A stretch of 64,000 bases of DNA. It comes from Macrostomum lignano. Lineage: Eukaryota. Of the stretch, positions 1 to 12,100 are shown piece after piece (position 1 is the first letter of the stretch; every line of letters begins with the position of its first letter). The translations under genes and the position numbers were made by a program. Where the stretch lies: NCBI GenBank assembly GCA_002269645.1, contig NIVC01000671.1, positions 372,001-436,000 on the forward strand. The letters are read 5' to 3'. The notes below the pieces were generated by a model. It was given only the letters and a program-made list of their open reading frames with translations, did no database searches and was not told the DNA's origin.

Positions 1-177
1 CACTGAGGATCATTGAGTCACTGAGGATCATTGAGTCACTGAGGATCACTGAGTCACTGATCATCATTGAGTCACTGAGGATCACTGAGTCACTGAGGAT
101 CACTGAGTCACTGAGGATCACTGAGTCACTGAGGATCACTGAGTCACTGAGGATCATTGAGTCACTGATCATCATTA
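1..177. repeat. 18-bp minisatellite (GAGTCACTGAGGATCA(C/T)T)
   Basis: About 9-10 tandem units, truncated by the window edge. Confidence 0.9.
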
Positions 178-270
178 AGTCCATTACTACTGCGAATGAC
201 GGGAGTCATTGTACAAAAATCCACGTGACCTATTTAATCCAATAAAACGCAACTCCACCCCAACTCGCAG

Positions 271-409
271 ATGCTTCAGCTCAAATGCGACGAGAGGCCC
301 ACCTGCAACCTGACCTCATCGGAGCGCCCAGACTCCTCGGACCCCTACAACTTGCAGCCGTGCTGGCGCCTCATTCCGCACCTCAGCGTCAGCTTCCAGT
401 GCGAGCCAG
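271..409 (+). CDS. lectin-domain protein exon (end of a SUEL-like domain)
   Basis: ctcgcag|ATGCTT...GAGCCAG|gtgag; MLQLKCDERPTCNLTSSERPDSSDPYNLQPCWRLIPHLSVSFQCEP. Confidence 0.7.
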
Positions 410-3400
410 GTGAGTTGCTCGACTGAGCAGCGAAGTTCGCGATCTCAAGTAGCTGTAGTGTAGTAAGTAGAGTTAAACAGAGGACACACGCGAGACCTCA
501 ACAGTTCGCAAAAATCAACAATGTTCCTCAAGTTTTAAAAAGGTATAAAGGCTGCAGCAGTTTTCAAGAAAATGCACAGATTTTACAACCTACAAGATTA
601 AAAAAACTTGCGAGAATCCACAAGATAATCCATTTAGAATCTACAAGAATCCATGTAGAATCCACAATAATCCTCAAGAGTCCCTGTAGAATCCACAAGA
701 ATCCACAAAAATACATGTAGAATCCATGAAGAATCCACAAGAACCCACAAGAATCCACAAGAATCCATGAAGAATCCACAAGAATTCCTGTAGAATCCAC
801 AATAGTCCACAAGAACCCACAAGAATCCACAGAAATGCACCATACACTTCGCAGCCATTCGCGCCAGGCTGCTGTGCGCGGACTCCTACGCCACAATCGG
901 ATGCGATAGATTCGCGGACTCTCCTGGCGACCGGCGGATCCTGCTGATCGACGCCGTGCTCACCGATAGGCACCGGCTGGCGCCGACTGGAGTTGCCGCC
1001 ACCGTCAGCAACGACGGCGCCGAGCAGGTGTGCCCGAACACTGTCAGCCCCGACTTGGGCGCCGGTCGGTGCCCTGACGTTGGCGCCTTCGATCAGGTGC
1101 GGCCGCTGTGCGATGGCAGATCCGCCTGCACGGTCGGCGCCCTGCAGCAGCAGCAGCAGCTGGCCGACAGCGGCTGCGCCAGACCGAACCTGCTGCTGCT
1201 CTACGTCTGCTGTGAGACTTTTGTGGGCTCTGGGTTACTTCCCAGCAGTCTCCCTGCAGCCTCCCTGCAGCCTCCCTGCAACCTCCCTGCAGCCTCCTTG
1301 CAGCCTCCCTGCAGCCTCCCTGCAGCCTCCCTGCAGCCTCCCTGCAACCTCCCTGCAGCCTCCCTGCAGCCTCCCTGCAGCCTCCCTGCAGCCTCCCTGC
1401 AACCTCCCTGCAGCCTCCTTGCAGCCTCCTTGCAGCCTCCCTGCAGCCTCCCTGCAGCCTCCCTGCAGCCTCCCTGCAACCTCCCTGCAGCCTCCCTGCA
1501 GCCTCCCTGCAACCTCCCTGCAGCCTCCCTGCAGCCTACCTGCGGCCTCCCTGCAGCCTCCCTGCAACCTCCCTGCAGCCTCCCTGCAGCCTCCCTGCAA
1601 CCTCCCTGCAGCCTCCCTGCAGCCTACCTGCGGCCTCCCTGCAGCCTCCCTGCAACCTCCCTGCAGCCTCCCTGCAACCCTAAACACCACCCCATTCGCA
1701 GTGCCGGCAGGCAGCGGCGAGCCCGGAGCCCCAGTTGCCAACCGAGTCGCAGCAGAACTATCCAAAGAGTCGCTCAGAAGGCCGACAATTCTCGCCAGCG
1801 GCAAAGACAAAGAAGACAAGCCGCTGACAACAGAACCGACTGGAGAAGCAAAACCAACAGAGCCCAGTGAGTGGACTCAACCCACAGCGCTAATGCAAAG
1901 TGCCTCTGATTGAATCCAAATGATTAGGAAAGCAGCCGGCTGACTCACTGGCCTCGTGGCGCGTCATTCAGGCAATTCCGAACAGTCTTATCCCCCCAGA
2001 TTCCGATGGGATACAAGCGGTGCTCTCGCAAATCGATCTGGTCTCCAATTTGGTCTCGAAAGCCCATCTCCCAGGGAGCCACTTGCAATGCCTGCAGCTG
2101 CTGAGCTTGGAGAACTGTTGCCGATTTCCCTCCTCAGAGCGTCGGTCAATCTCTGCCCAAAAAGGGCTTAGCAGGAAAAACGGAAGAAATTATTCAAATC
2201 TGCTCTGTATGTTAATGCTGAGACTGGCGCACAGGTCTGGACTGGGCGAGAGCAGAAAATTAAAAGCAATAAAAGTTTCTGCCGCATCAGCTGACAACTG
2301 ACTGACTGGTTTTGGCTTGGCTGCTGCTGAAAGCAGTGCACGAGAATTGGGGTTATTCAAGACACAGGCTTCGCTCATTCTGACTACTTCTCCCTTCTAT
2401 CCCTCTCTCCCTCATTCTGACTACTTCTCCCTCCTATCCCTCTCCTCTCCCTCCACTCTCTCTCATTCTGACTACTTCTCCCTCCTATCCCTCTCCTCTC
2501 CCTCCACTCTCTCTCATTCTGACTACTTCTCCCTCCTATCCCTCTCCTCTCCCTCTCCCTCATTTTGACTACTTCTCCCTCCTATCCCTCTCCTCTCCCT
2601 CCACTCTCTCTCATTCTGACTACTTCTCCCTCCTATCCCTCTCCTCTCCCTCCACTCTCTCTCATTCTGACTACTTCTCCCTCCTATCCCTCTCCTCTCC
2701 CTCCACTCTCTCTCATTCTGACTACTTCTCCCTCCTATCCCTCTCCTCTCCCTCTCCCTCTCTCTCATTCTCGCTTCCTTTCTCTTTCTTTCTCCCACTC
2801 TCTCCTCTCCCCCTCTCCCTCTCCCCACCCTGCCTCCCCATCTCTCTCTCTTTCTCTCTCTTTCCTTATCCCCTCTCTCTTCTCCTTCTCCCACTCTCCC
2901 TTTCTCTCTCCCTCATTCACTTTTTCTTCACTGTCTGCCCTCTCCCACTCAGGCCATCACTCTGCCTGTGTCGCCCATTTATCCTGCTCCTATCACATCA
3001 CCTCTCTTATCCTCTCTCCGCCATTGTTTCATCTCAGCCAGTCTCTTTAATTCTTTCTTCTTACAGTTCTCACAGTTTCTAATAAAAGCCACAAGTCAGA
3101 TCAAATACTTTAGGAGCATAACAGTTTTCAGTGCGATCCCAATGTATGAAGTCATATCGATATAATTTTGGTTCCAGCTCAACGCCAGGGGTTATCGGCG
3201 AGGTTAACTGAGGTCAAGCTAAATTGCATGCATACATGTAGGTACCAACTTCTCGCCACTCGTAGCTTCTCGAATATGCCCTCTCGCTACGGCAGCCTTA
3301 GATTTACTGCTCACACAGTGCGCAAACAGACTCTGAGCTCGATTATTCAAGTTCCGCGAGCACCCGCTAATCTATCGAGGGCTCGAACTTGCATGTCTCC

Positions 3401-4865
3401 CCTCCCCACCAACTTTTCATCCGCAAACTAGAAGCGCGAGATATATCTGTATCTCTCGCTTTATCTCCGACTTTATCAAAAAATTACTTCCTAAGTGCCC
3501 TACTGCTGAGTAGAAAGTATGGATTTTTGTACTTGTAATAGATCCTGATAGATGGTCTTGTAGCTCGTAATATGCTTGATTTGATTCTGCACTTTTCAAC
3601 AGTGTCCGAGACTCCAATAGCAAATTTCCAAGCTTCTAATAGTTAGTGTCCGAGACTCTAATATATAGTGTCCGAGATTTTAATAGATACGGTGCCCGAG
3701 ATTTTAATAGCGTCTGAAGACTTCAAAAGCATGCGTCCGAGAATCCAATATCCTGTTTCCGAGAATCCAACAGCATGTGTCCGAGAATCCGATATCCTGT
3801 TTCCGAGAATCCAACAGCATGTGTCCGAGAATCTAATATCCTGTTTCTGAGAATCCAACAGCATGTGTCCGAGAATCTAATATCCTGTTTCTGAGAATCC
3901 AACAGCATGTGTCCGAGAATCTAATATCCTGTTTCTGAGAATCCAACAGCATGTGTCCGAGAATCCAATAGCATTTTTCCGAGAATCTAATAGCATGTGT
4001 CCGAGTATCGAATAGCCAGTGTCCGAGAATCCAATAGCCAGTGTCCGAGTATCCAATAGCCAGTGTCCGAGTATCCAATAGCCAGTGTCCGAGTATCCAA
4101 TAGCCAGTGTCCGAGTATCCAATAGCCAGTGTCCGAGTATCCAATAGCCTGTGTCCGATTATTCAATAGCCAGTGTCCGAATATCCAATAGCCAGTGTCC
4201 GAGTATCCAATAGCCTGTGTCAGTGTATCCAGTAGCCTATGTCCGAGAATCCAATTACGAGTGTCCGAATCGAGTAGTCATGTAATAGCCAGTGGCCAAA
4301 ATTCAAGCAGCCGCCGCTTCATCACAATTCAGCGGCCGCAGACCCTACTGACCAGCCGAAGGCCGATGGCCCGTCAGTCGCCCTCATCACCGGCCTCTCC
4401 GCCCTGCTGCTGCTGCTCGTCCTGGCGGCCACAGCGGCAGTCACCGTTGCCGGCTGTTTGGCCGCTCGACGCTGCCGCCAGGAGCGACACCGACGTCGCG
4501 ACGAGCACCTGGCCCGGGTGAACCTCAGCAAGCAGATCCGGCCACCGCCCACCAGCCTGATGGTGCCGCCTCCCGCAGCCGAGACGCTGCTGAATCTGCC
4601 GGCGCCTAAGGCGCCGCCTATGTCTCTGTCGGTCTGCATGGCGACCTCCGGCCAGCCGCCGCCGCTGCCGCCGCTTCTCAGCAGCGGCGGCCTGGAGATT
4701 CTCGGCTGCAGCGACCGGCAGTCGTCGTCGAATAATTCAACAAGCGGCACGTCGACTTTCCTCACAGGCACCGGGTCGATGCCGTCGCCCAGGGAGTCGC
4801 TGGCGGCATTCGTCCATCAGCAGTCGGCGGCTGCTCACGCGCACAGCGGGGCACCGCTGCTCTGA
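271..4865 (+). CDS. SUEL/rhamnose-binding-lectin domain single-pass membrane protein (EVA-1-like), 5'-incomplete spliced gene
   Basis: Exons 271-409, 855-1211, 1702-1866 and about 4333-4865 have AG/GT boundaries and join in phase. Two Cys-patterned lectin-like units (KCDERPTC...QPC...VSFQC; LCADS...LCDGRSACTV...GC...LYVC), then a hydrophobic TM segment VALITGLSALLLLLVLAATAAVTVAGCL, basic stop-transfer residues and a Pro/Ser-rich tail. Extra exons within 1867-4332 cannot be excluded. Confidence 0.7.
610..832. repeat. degenerate AGAATCCAC(A) tandem repeat
   Basis: Visible 9-11-bp periodicity in intron 410-854. Confidence 0.85.
855..1211 (+). CDS. lectin-domain protein exon (SUEL-like domain)
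   Basis: cttcgcag|CCATTC...GTCTGCT|gtgag; phase 1 to phase 1; Cys spacing typical of SUEL lectins. Confidence 0.75.
1246..1681. repeat. 11-bp minisatellite (CTCCCTGCAGC)
   Basis: About 39 units filling intron 1212-1701. Confidence 0.95.
1702..1866 (+). CDS. lectin-domain protein exon (stalk)
   Basis: attcgcag|TGCCGG...GAGCCCA|gtgagt; 165 nt, phase preserved. Confidence 0.65.
2372..2950. repeat. 51-bp pyrimidine-rich minisatellite plus CT-rich tail
   Basis: Unit translates as HSDYFSLLSLSSPSTLS; about 7 copies, then (CT)-rich sequence. Confidence 0.9.
3600..4265. repeat. 22-bp minisatellite with 44-bp dimer variant (GTGTCCGAGAATCCAATAGCCA)
   Basis: Tandem units with a gradient of variants. 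Confidence 0.9.
4333..4865 (+). CDS. lectin-domain protein last exon (TM helix and cytoplasmic tail)
   Basis: Phase-1 acceptor acaattcag| (an alternative in-phase acceptor lies at 4342); TM helix; TGA at 4863-4865. Confidence 0.7.
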
Positions 4866-6354
4866 TTGGCCAGCAGGCTTAAGCATAGCACATGTACATC
4901 GCGTTGAAAAATTTCAATGATGCTAACCAGAAAAGGAATTGCTGTACTGCAGTTACTATCATGTACATGAAGTCACCGCGCTCGCCTCATCCGCTCATCG
5001 TACAGCAGTATGTACATGTACCTACTGTACTTACCGCGCAGTGCAAGGATTTCCTACGACTGAAATTAAAATACGAGGAATTCAGTACATCTGATTCGGC
5101 TGTCCGTGATACAGTATGTACATGTATTGTGCACTTTTACATGTACAGAGTTCGAACTAGCACATCCGAGAGTGCGATCTCTGGGCTCAAAATCTTTGAT
5201 TGAACTGGCCTTTTCCCATTTCTCTAAAAGACCCAGAAGCCATGGACATTCAATGCAGGCCAGCCGAGCCAATTTAGGGGTCCTCGCCCCCCCCCCCTGT
5301 TAAACCTGCGCGTACTAGTGTGCACAATGCATGCACATGTAGACTTGTATTAGAAAAGCATGTTTATCACCGATTTCGTCTATACATACTCGTTTGTACA
5401 TCTTGTTTGTGTAATTTTTTTAATTTTCTAAAAACAAGATCCCAAGTTGATTAACTTAAAGAAAACTAAACATTTAACTTCTTCCTGTTACAAATTCAGA
5501 GAGAAATTCGGCCTTCAAATACTGTAACGTTTCTAATGCCCATTTAATTTTGGTAATCGTTATGCGCTTTGATGCTACTTACTGTACAGACTACTTAATA
5601 GTAGTAAACAGTGAATCAGGGAAACAACAAATAAGTAAAACTTCCACATTTCAGTGGTGTGTCATTTAATACAGAGAAAAATAGGCTTCACAAATTGCAC
5701 CGCGGCTGCAGCGATTTACCCCATCCTACTACTAATAGACAGGCAGTAGTAAGAGCAGAGCATTGGGCGCTGCAGTGCAGAATTTATTTATTTCAATTTT
5801 AGCGTGTCCAAAAGACGCATAACATACATGTAAGAACAGATAAGTAGTAAGACGCACGCATTTCAGTAGTCTGAAACGAGCAAAAAACTTTCCAAAGATG
5901 GTGCATTTAATACAAAAGCCAACGCAGTTGGGCATACTAATTGGTTATAGATTTAACTATTAAAATAGTTTTAAATACAACGAATCCACAGGGCCCAGCC
6001 AACACTTATCAATACCCGCATAACTGGTACTCATAGTAGCACACAAGACAACAGCAAATTGAATTGAAAAGGAAAAATAATAAATATATAAGAAGATACA
6101 AAGCCTAGCACATACGATCAAGCAGGTTTAGAGCTTTGAAAATAAAATAGATAAGCTTAGTTGACAATTGACAGCTGTGCAATGTCCGTCCAGAGCAAGG
6201 CTTGCACAAAGTGCTTTTCGTTGGCAAATACAAGCAGACGGGAAAGGAGAGAATTCGCGAATAATCGATTCTAAAGCATTAATTCGAAATCTATTTTGAT
6301 ATTGATTTCTGTATACAACGGATTCTAAGAATTGAACTGCAAAAAAGTAGTACT

Positions 6355-6800
6355 TTCGATACATATCGGGGTCATTGAATTGAATTTGAATTAAACCTAG
6401 TATCAATATATATCGGACTCATTGATTTCAATTAAACCTATTATCGATACATATCGGATTCATTAAATTGAATCTGAATTAAAGCTATTATCGATACATA
6501 TCGGATTCATTAAATTGAATTTGAATTAAAGCTGTTATCGATACATATCGGATTCATTAAATTGAATTTGAATTAAAGCTGTTATCGATACATATCGGAT
6601 TCATTAAATTGAATTTGAATTAAAGCTGTTATCGATACATATCGGATTCATTAAATTGAATTTGAATTAAAGCTGTTATCGATACATATCGGATTCATTA
6701 AATTGAATTTGAATTAAAGCTGTTATCGATACATATCGGATTCATTAAATTGAATTTGAATTAAAGCTATTGTCGATACATATCGGATTCATTGAATTCA
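6355..6800. repeat. 47-bp tandem repeat
   Basis: ATCGATACAT recurs at 6631 and 6678 (period 47); about 9 copies. Confidence 0.9.
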
Positions 6801-7969
6801 ATTAGAATCAAATGTACTTTTGAAAAATGTTAGACTTTAAAAAAGAATTGTACATAGATTAAAGCTAATGTCAATAGAAATCAATTAGGAAGTTCTGATA
6901 TTTTTACTAAGAAATCCTCCAAGACGTCAGTTGTCTACAGTACAAACAGAAAGCAACATATTCAGATAAATAACACAATTAGAATAAAAAAATAAAAAAG
7001 CATTATTGGCAACAGCGAATGCAAACTTAGCAATTAGTTTTATTTTAATCGTGACTAATAAGCGACAACGCTACTGCGAGTAGAAAGAGCGGAAAAAGCG
7101 TGCTATAGAAAGTTGATAGTATTAAAAATATGCGCATGCGTGCAGTACAATACGGGCAGAATGGGGCGCCAGGCGCTCAAAGTTAGGACGCAGTGAAAGA
7201 GTAGCGGTAATACGATAAGCTGTTTAGTGGCGAAGGAGAGTGAATATTTAACAATCAAGTTATTGTTTATTTAAAACGGGAAGATTAAATAATAATTAAA
7301 TAATAATTCGGATATGCAAGAAGTGAAACTGACCGCCACAATGCCATCTAGCAAGTTCGCGGCGAAATCGCAACTTGTACTTTTACGTAAACTGATATCT
7401 GCTTTTGAAATCAAGAAACTCCCAGAGTTGACAGGAACATGGCTGGTTGACAAACGGGACACAGTGTACTTTGGAGAACAGAGCTATTAGTAAACAATGA
7501 ATATAGCACAATTAATAACATACTTACTGCGATAAGAGCAGCTTTCAAGTACAATACAAAGTACTAATGCAATGCTTACACATTTGCACGCGCGCTGGAG
7601 AGAGAGAGAGAAAAAGAAGCGGATTGTCGCCCTCGCTGTGCCTACTAACAGTAGCAACCAGGCTTATGTACAGCTATTGCCAGTCGGATTGCTCGAATAC
7701 AAATGAGATTAATAGCGGCCGCCGCGGGGGTGACGGAGGAGCGCAAGCAGCGAACGCAACAGATTCACAGAAGAGAAAAAGCCAGAGAAACTGCAAGCCA
7801 AATAACAGAGACGCTACATCAAATCATTTTTGCATTTAAATTTGTTTAAATAGGCGTGTGCACACGGGCCTTCGTGCCCAGGTGTGTCTGAATTATGAAT
7901 TGTGTCGATAAGAACTTACTTTAGTCATAAACACTTCAATTATAGATGAGTAAAAGGTGTGACTTTTGG

Positions 7970-8653
7970 ACTAATTAAGGTGCGCCTGCGGCAATAAAAC
8001 ACCTCTGCTATAGAGTAATTAGGGCGCGCCTGCAATAAAACACCCCTGCTATGGACTAATTAAGGTGCGCCTGCAATAAAACACCTCTGCTATGGACTAA
8101 TTAAGGTGCGCCTGCAATAAAACACCTTTTGCTATGGACTAATTAAGGTGCGCCTGCAATAAAACACCTCTGCTATGGACTAATTAAGGTGCGCCTGCAA
8201 TAAAACACCTTTTGCTATGGACTAATTAAGGTGCGCCTGCAATAAAACACCTCTGCTATGGACTAATTAAGGTGCGTCTGCAATAAAACACCCCTGCTAT
8301 GGACTAATTAAGGTGCGCCTGCAATAAAACACCCCTGCTATGGACTAATTAAGGTGCGCCTGCAATAAAACACCCCTGCTATGGACTAATTAAGGTGCGC
8401 CTGCAATAAAACACCCCTGCTATGGACTAATTAAGGTGCGCCTGCAATAAAACACCTTTTGCTATGGACTAATTAAGGTGCGCCTGCAATAAAACACCCC
8501 TGCTATGGACTAATAAAGGTGCGCCTGCAATAAAACACCTTTTGCTATGGACTAATTAAGGTGCGCCTGCAATAAAACACCCCTGCTATGGACTAACTAA
8601 GGTGCGCCTGCAATAAAACACCTTTTGCTATGGACTAATTAAGGTGCGCCTGC
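7970..8653. repeat. 41/42-bp tandem repeat (GGACTAATTAAGGTGCGCCTGCAATAAAACACCCCTGCTAT)
   Basis: About 16 contiguous units, no spacers. Confidence 0.95.
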
Positions 8654-8869
8654 TTTTCAGTCTGATTTAGGTATTCCAACAATTTTCTTATTAATCAGAA
8701 ATAATATTTTAATAATCAAGACACACCTGTGAGACGGGTGAACACCTACTGAACTGCCCAAGTTTGTTTATCATTTCTCAGTATTCGATTTTTAACCTGC
8801 AGAACGCAGAGCCGCGATCAGGAGAAATGCTTCTAGCAAAAAGCAGAGCGTCGGGCAAAGTGGCGGTCA

Positions 8870-9052
8870 CTAGGACGCCATCCAGTTGTTATTGCTGCTG
8901 CGGGATTGCATCTGGCGCATCTGATGCTGCTGCTGCTGCTGGGGGGCTCTGGCTGAGGATTTCCTGCGATTGCGGCCCCGACGCCGCCGAAAGAAGCAGC
9001 ACTTGGCGTCTGACGCCGATACATCGTCGTCAAAGTCGATGTCGCCGAACCT

Positions 9053-9090
<38 letters not shown>

Positions 9091-9154
9091 GCACTGATGG
9101 CCCGCCTGCGCCACCGTCGGACGGCTGCTGATCGAAGGTCATCGAAGCGGCAAC
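8870..9154 (-). CDS. CSNK1G: CK1 gamma last coding exon (palmitoylation motif)
   Basis: ccctcag|GTTGCC...; poly-Gly then [18 protein letters not shown], matching the CK1 gamma C-terminal Cys/basic motif. Confidence 0.88.
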
Positions 9155-12100
9155 CTGAGGGCAGTGATGATGATGATGACATGCCGGGTCAAAATAGCGA
9201 TATGAAATATGGCGAGTTTTATACAGGGCGAGATTAATCAGGCAAGCTAAATTACATGATTGAACTGATGGAGTTTTGATCGGACTGCTTAAAGATAATA
9301 GAAAAATTCCAAAGCAATACAATTTTTTAGGCTAAAAATTCGAGCTTTCCAACAACAGATACAGAAAGTCAGACACCCAGAAAGAGAGTCAGACATCTCA
9401 GAGTTAGACAGCCAGACATGCAGACAAAGAGAGTCAGACATGCAGACAAAGAGTCAGTCAGTTATCCAGACAAAGAATCAGAGAGTCAGATATTCAGACA
9501 AAGAGTCAGATATCCAGACAAAGAGTCAGATATCTAGACAAAGAGTCAGATATCCAGACAAAGAGTCAGATATCTAGACAAAGAGTCAGATATCCAGACA
9601 AAGAGTCAGATATGCAGACAAAGAGTCAGATATTCAGACAAAGAGTCAGATATTCAGACAAAGAGTCAGATATCCAGACACAGAGTCAGACATGCAGACA
9701 AAGAGAGTCAGATATTCAGACAAAGAGTCAGATATTCAGACAAAGAGTCAGATATTCAGACAAAGAGTCAGATATTCAGACAAAGAGTCAGATATTCAGA
9801 CAAAGAGTCAGATATTCAGACAAAGAGTCAGATATCCAGACACAGAGTCAGACATGCAGACAAAGAGAGTCAGATATTCAGACAAAGAGTCAGATATTCA
9901 GACAAAGAGTCAGATATTCAGACAAAGAGTCAGATATTCAGACAAAGAGTCAGATATTCAGACAAAGAGTCAGATATTCAGACAAAGAGTCAGGTATCCA
10001 GACAAAGAGTCAGATATTCAGACAAAGAGTCAGGTATCCAGACAAAGAGTCAGATATCCAGACAAAGAGTCAGATATGCAGACAAAGAGTCAGATATTCA
10101 GACAAAGAGTCAGATATTCAGACAAAGAGTCAGATATTCAGACAAAGAGTCAGATATTCAGACAAAGAGTCAGATATTCAGACAAAGAGTCAGATATTCA
10201 GACAAAGAGTCAGATATTCAGACAAAGAGTCAGGTATCCAGACAAAGAGTCAGATATCCAGACAAAGAGTCAGATATGCAGACAAAGAGTCAGATATTCA
10301 GACAAAGAGTCAGATATTCAGACAAAGAGTCAGATATCCAGACACAGAGTCAGACATGCAGACAAAGAGAGTCAGATATTCAGACAAAGAGTCAGATATT
10401 CAGACAAAGAGTCAGATATTCAGACAAAGAGTCAGATATTCAGACAAAGAGTCAGATATTCAGACAAAGAGTCAGATATTCAGACAAAGAGTCAGATATT
10501 CAGACACAGAGTCAGACATGCAGACAAAGAGAGTCAGATATTCAGACAAAGAGTCAGATATTCAGACAAAGAGTCAGATATTCAGACAAAGAGTCAGATA
10601 TTCAGACAAAGAGTCAGATATTCAGACAAAGAGTCAGATATTCAGACAAAGAGTCAGATATTCAGACAAAGAGTCAGATATTCAGACAAAGAGTCAGATA
10701 TCCAGACACAGAGTCAGACATGCAGACAAAGAGAGTCAGATATTCAGACAAAGAGTCAGATATTCAGACAAAGAGTCAGATATGCAGACAAAGAGTCAGA
10801 TATTCAGACAAAGAGTCAGATATTCAGACAAAGAGTCAGATATTCAGACAAAGAGTCAGATATTCAGACAAAGAGTCAGATATTCAGACAAAGAGTCAGA
10901 TATTCAGACAAAGAGTCAGATATGCAGACAAAGAGTCAGATATTCAGACAAAGAGTCAGATATTCAGACAAAGAGTCAGATATGCAGACAAAGAGTCAGG
11001 TATCTAGACAGAGAGTTAGATTACGCCAACACGGATGAATAATAATGAACCTAGCGCAAAATCACGAATCAGTGACAAGTTAATGGACAAAAAATGATTG
11101 AACCAATCACCAATCACCAGAAATGAGTTAATCAAGATCCTGACAAGCATATAGTGCGAAGATGTACACAAAACAGATGGATGAAATTATTTTTTTTTGC
11201 GCTTTCAATTTGCCACCAGCTGATACGCATTAGTATTTCTGCACCAAAGTTAATTAAAAAAAACAAACTGCAAGCAGAAAGATGTTAGATGGGGGCCGTA
11301 GCCCAGCGGTCTGGCGTGGCGCTCTGGTGTGCCAGCGGCCCAGGCTCGATTCCAAGTGCAGTCGCATTAATTTGGGGCTAAATTGGAATTACGGCTTGGC
11401 TCTGCTCGTTACGTCCTTGAGGGCCAACCCCCAAGGCACAGTGAAGTGTGCATGTCTAACAATAAAGGAATGTAGCCCAGTGGTCAGAGCGTCCGACTCA
11501 CGACTTGAAGGTCGGGGGTTCGATGCCCGATTCGACTCGAAACAATTTGTGTCCTTGAGCAAGACACTCAACTCTGAATTGCTTCAGTTCACCCAGCTGT
11601 AAAATGGGTGCCAGCATTAGCTGGGATAGTTCAGGGTGTGTGTGGCGACCCCCCAGTCCTTGGACTGAACAGCCGTACGCAGCCTTCAGATGCGCCGCGC
11701 AATAGCTGCGGCTGAGCTGTCGGTTGCACATCTGGCCCAATTAGGGCAGATGTAATCAATTATTATTATTATTATTATTACTAACGATAAATAAATTAGG
11801 TCCGCTGTACACTCCTGTGTGACTGTGTGTGCCTGCTCAGGGGAGTCGGTGGAATGGGCAGTAATGCCTCTCGCCGGTTGTGTGACAATGTCTGTACACA
11901 GACCCCCTATCTTTAAGTCTTGTCTTGGTTAATCAAGAGCGGAAAGTGACCACACTGAGATTAGACAGACCAAAGCCATGGCTGCAGTTGCAGAAGTTTG
12001 TTAAAGCAGATGCACGCAAGAAATAGACAAAAAGAGGGTGGGCAGAGACCAAGAGGTCACAGTTAATAATATTACACGCTGCATACATCCAGTAGACTTC

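Noticed and set aside
6355-6800. CGATACATATCG near-palindrome shared with 49.3-49.4 kb
   Set aside because: A short match with no further shared context; insufficient to claim a common element.
7970-8653. CRISPR-like regular repeat (also 6355-6800, 33655-34340)
   Set aside because: Units are contiguous with no unique spacers, there are no cas genes, and the context is eukaryotic.
8764-9237. Plus-strand 157-aa Arg-rich ORF
   Set aside because: Antisense shadow of the GC-rich CK1 gamma last exon.
9612-11042. 476/448/243-aa ORFs ([19 protein letters not shown]...)
   Set aside because: Translations of a stop-free 20-bp minisatellite within a CK1 gamma intron, antisense to the gene; no independent coding signal.
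11292-11545. Possible tRNA genes
   Set aside because: A/B boxes are present, but acceptor and anticodon stems are broken and they continue into SINE bodies.
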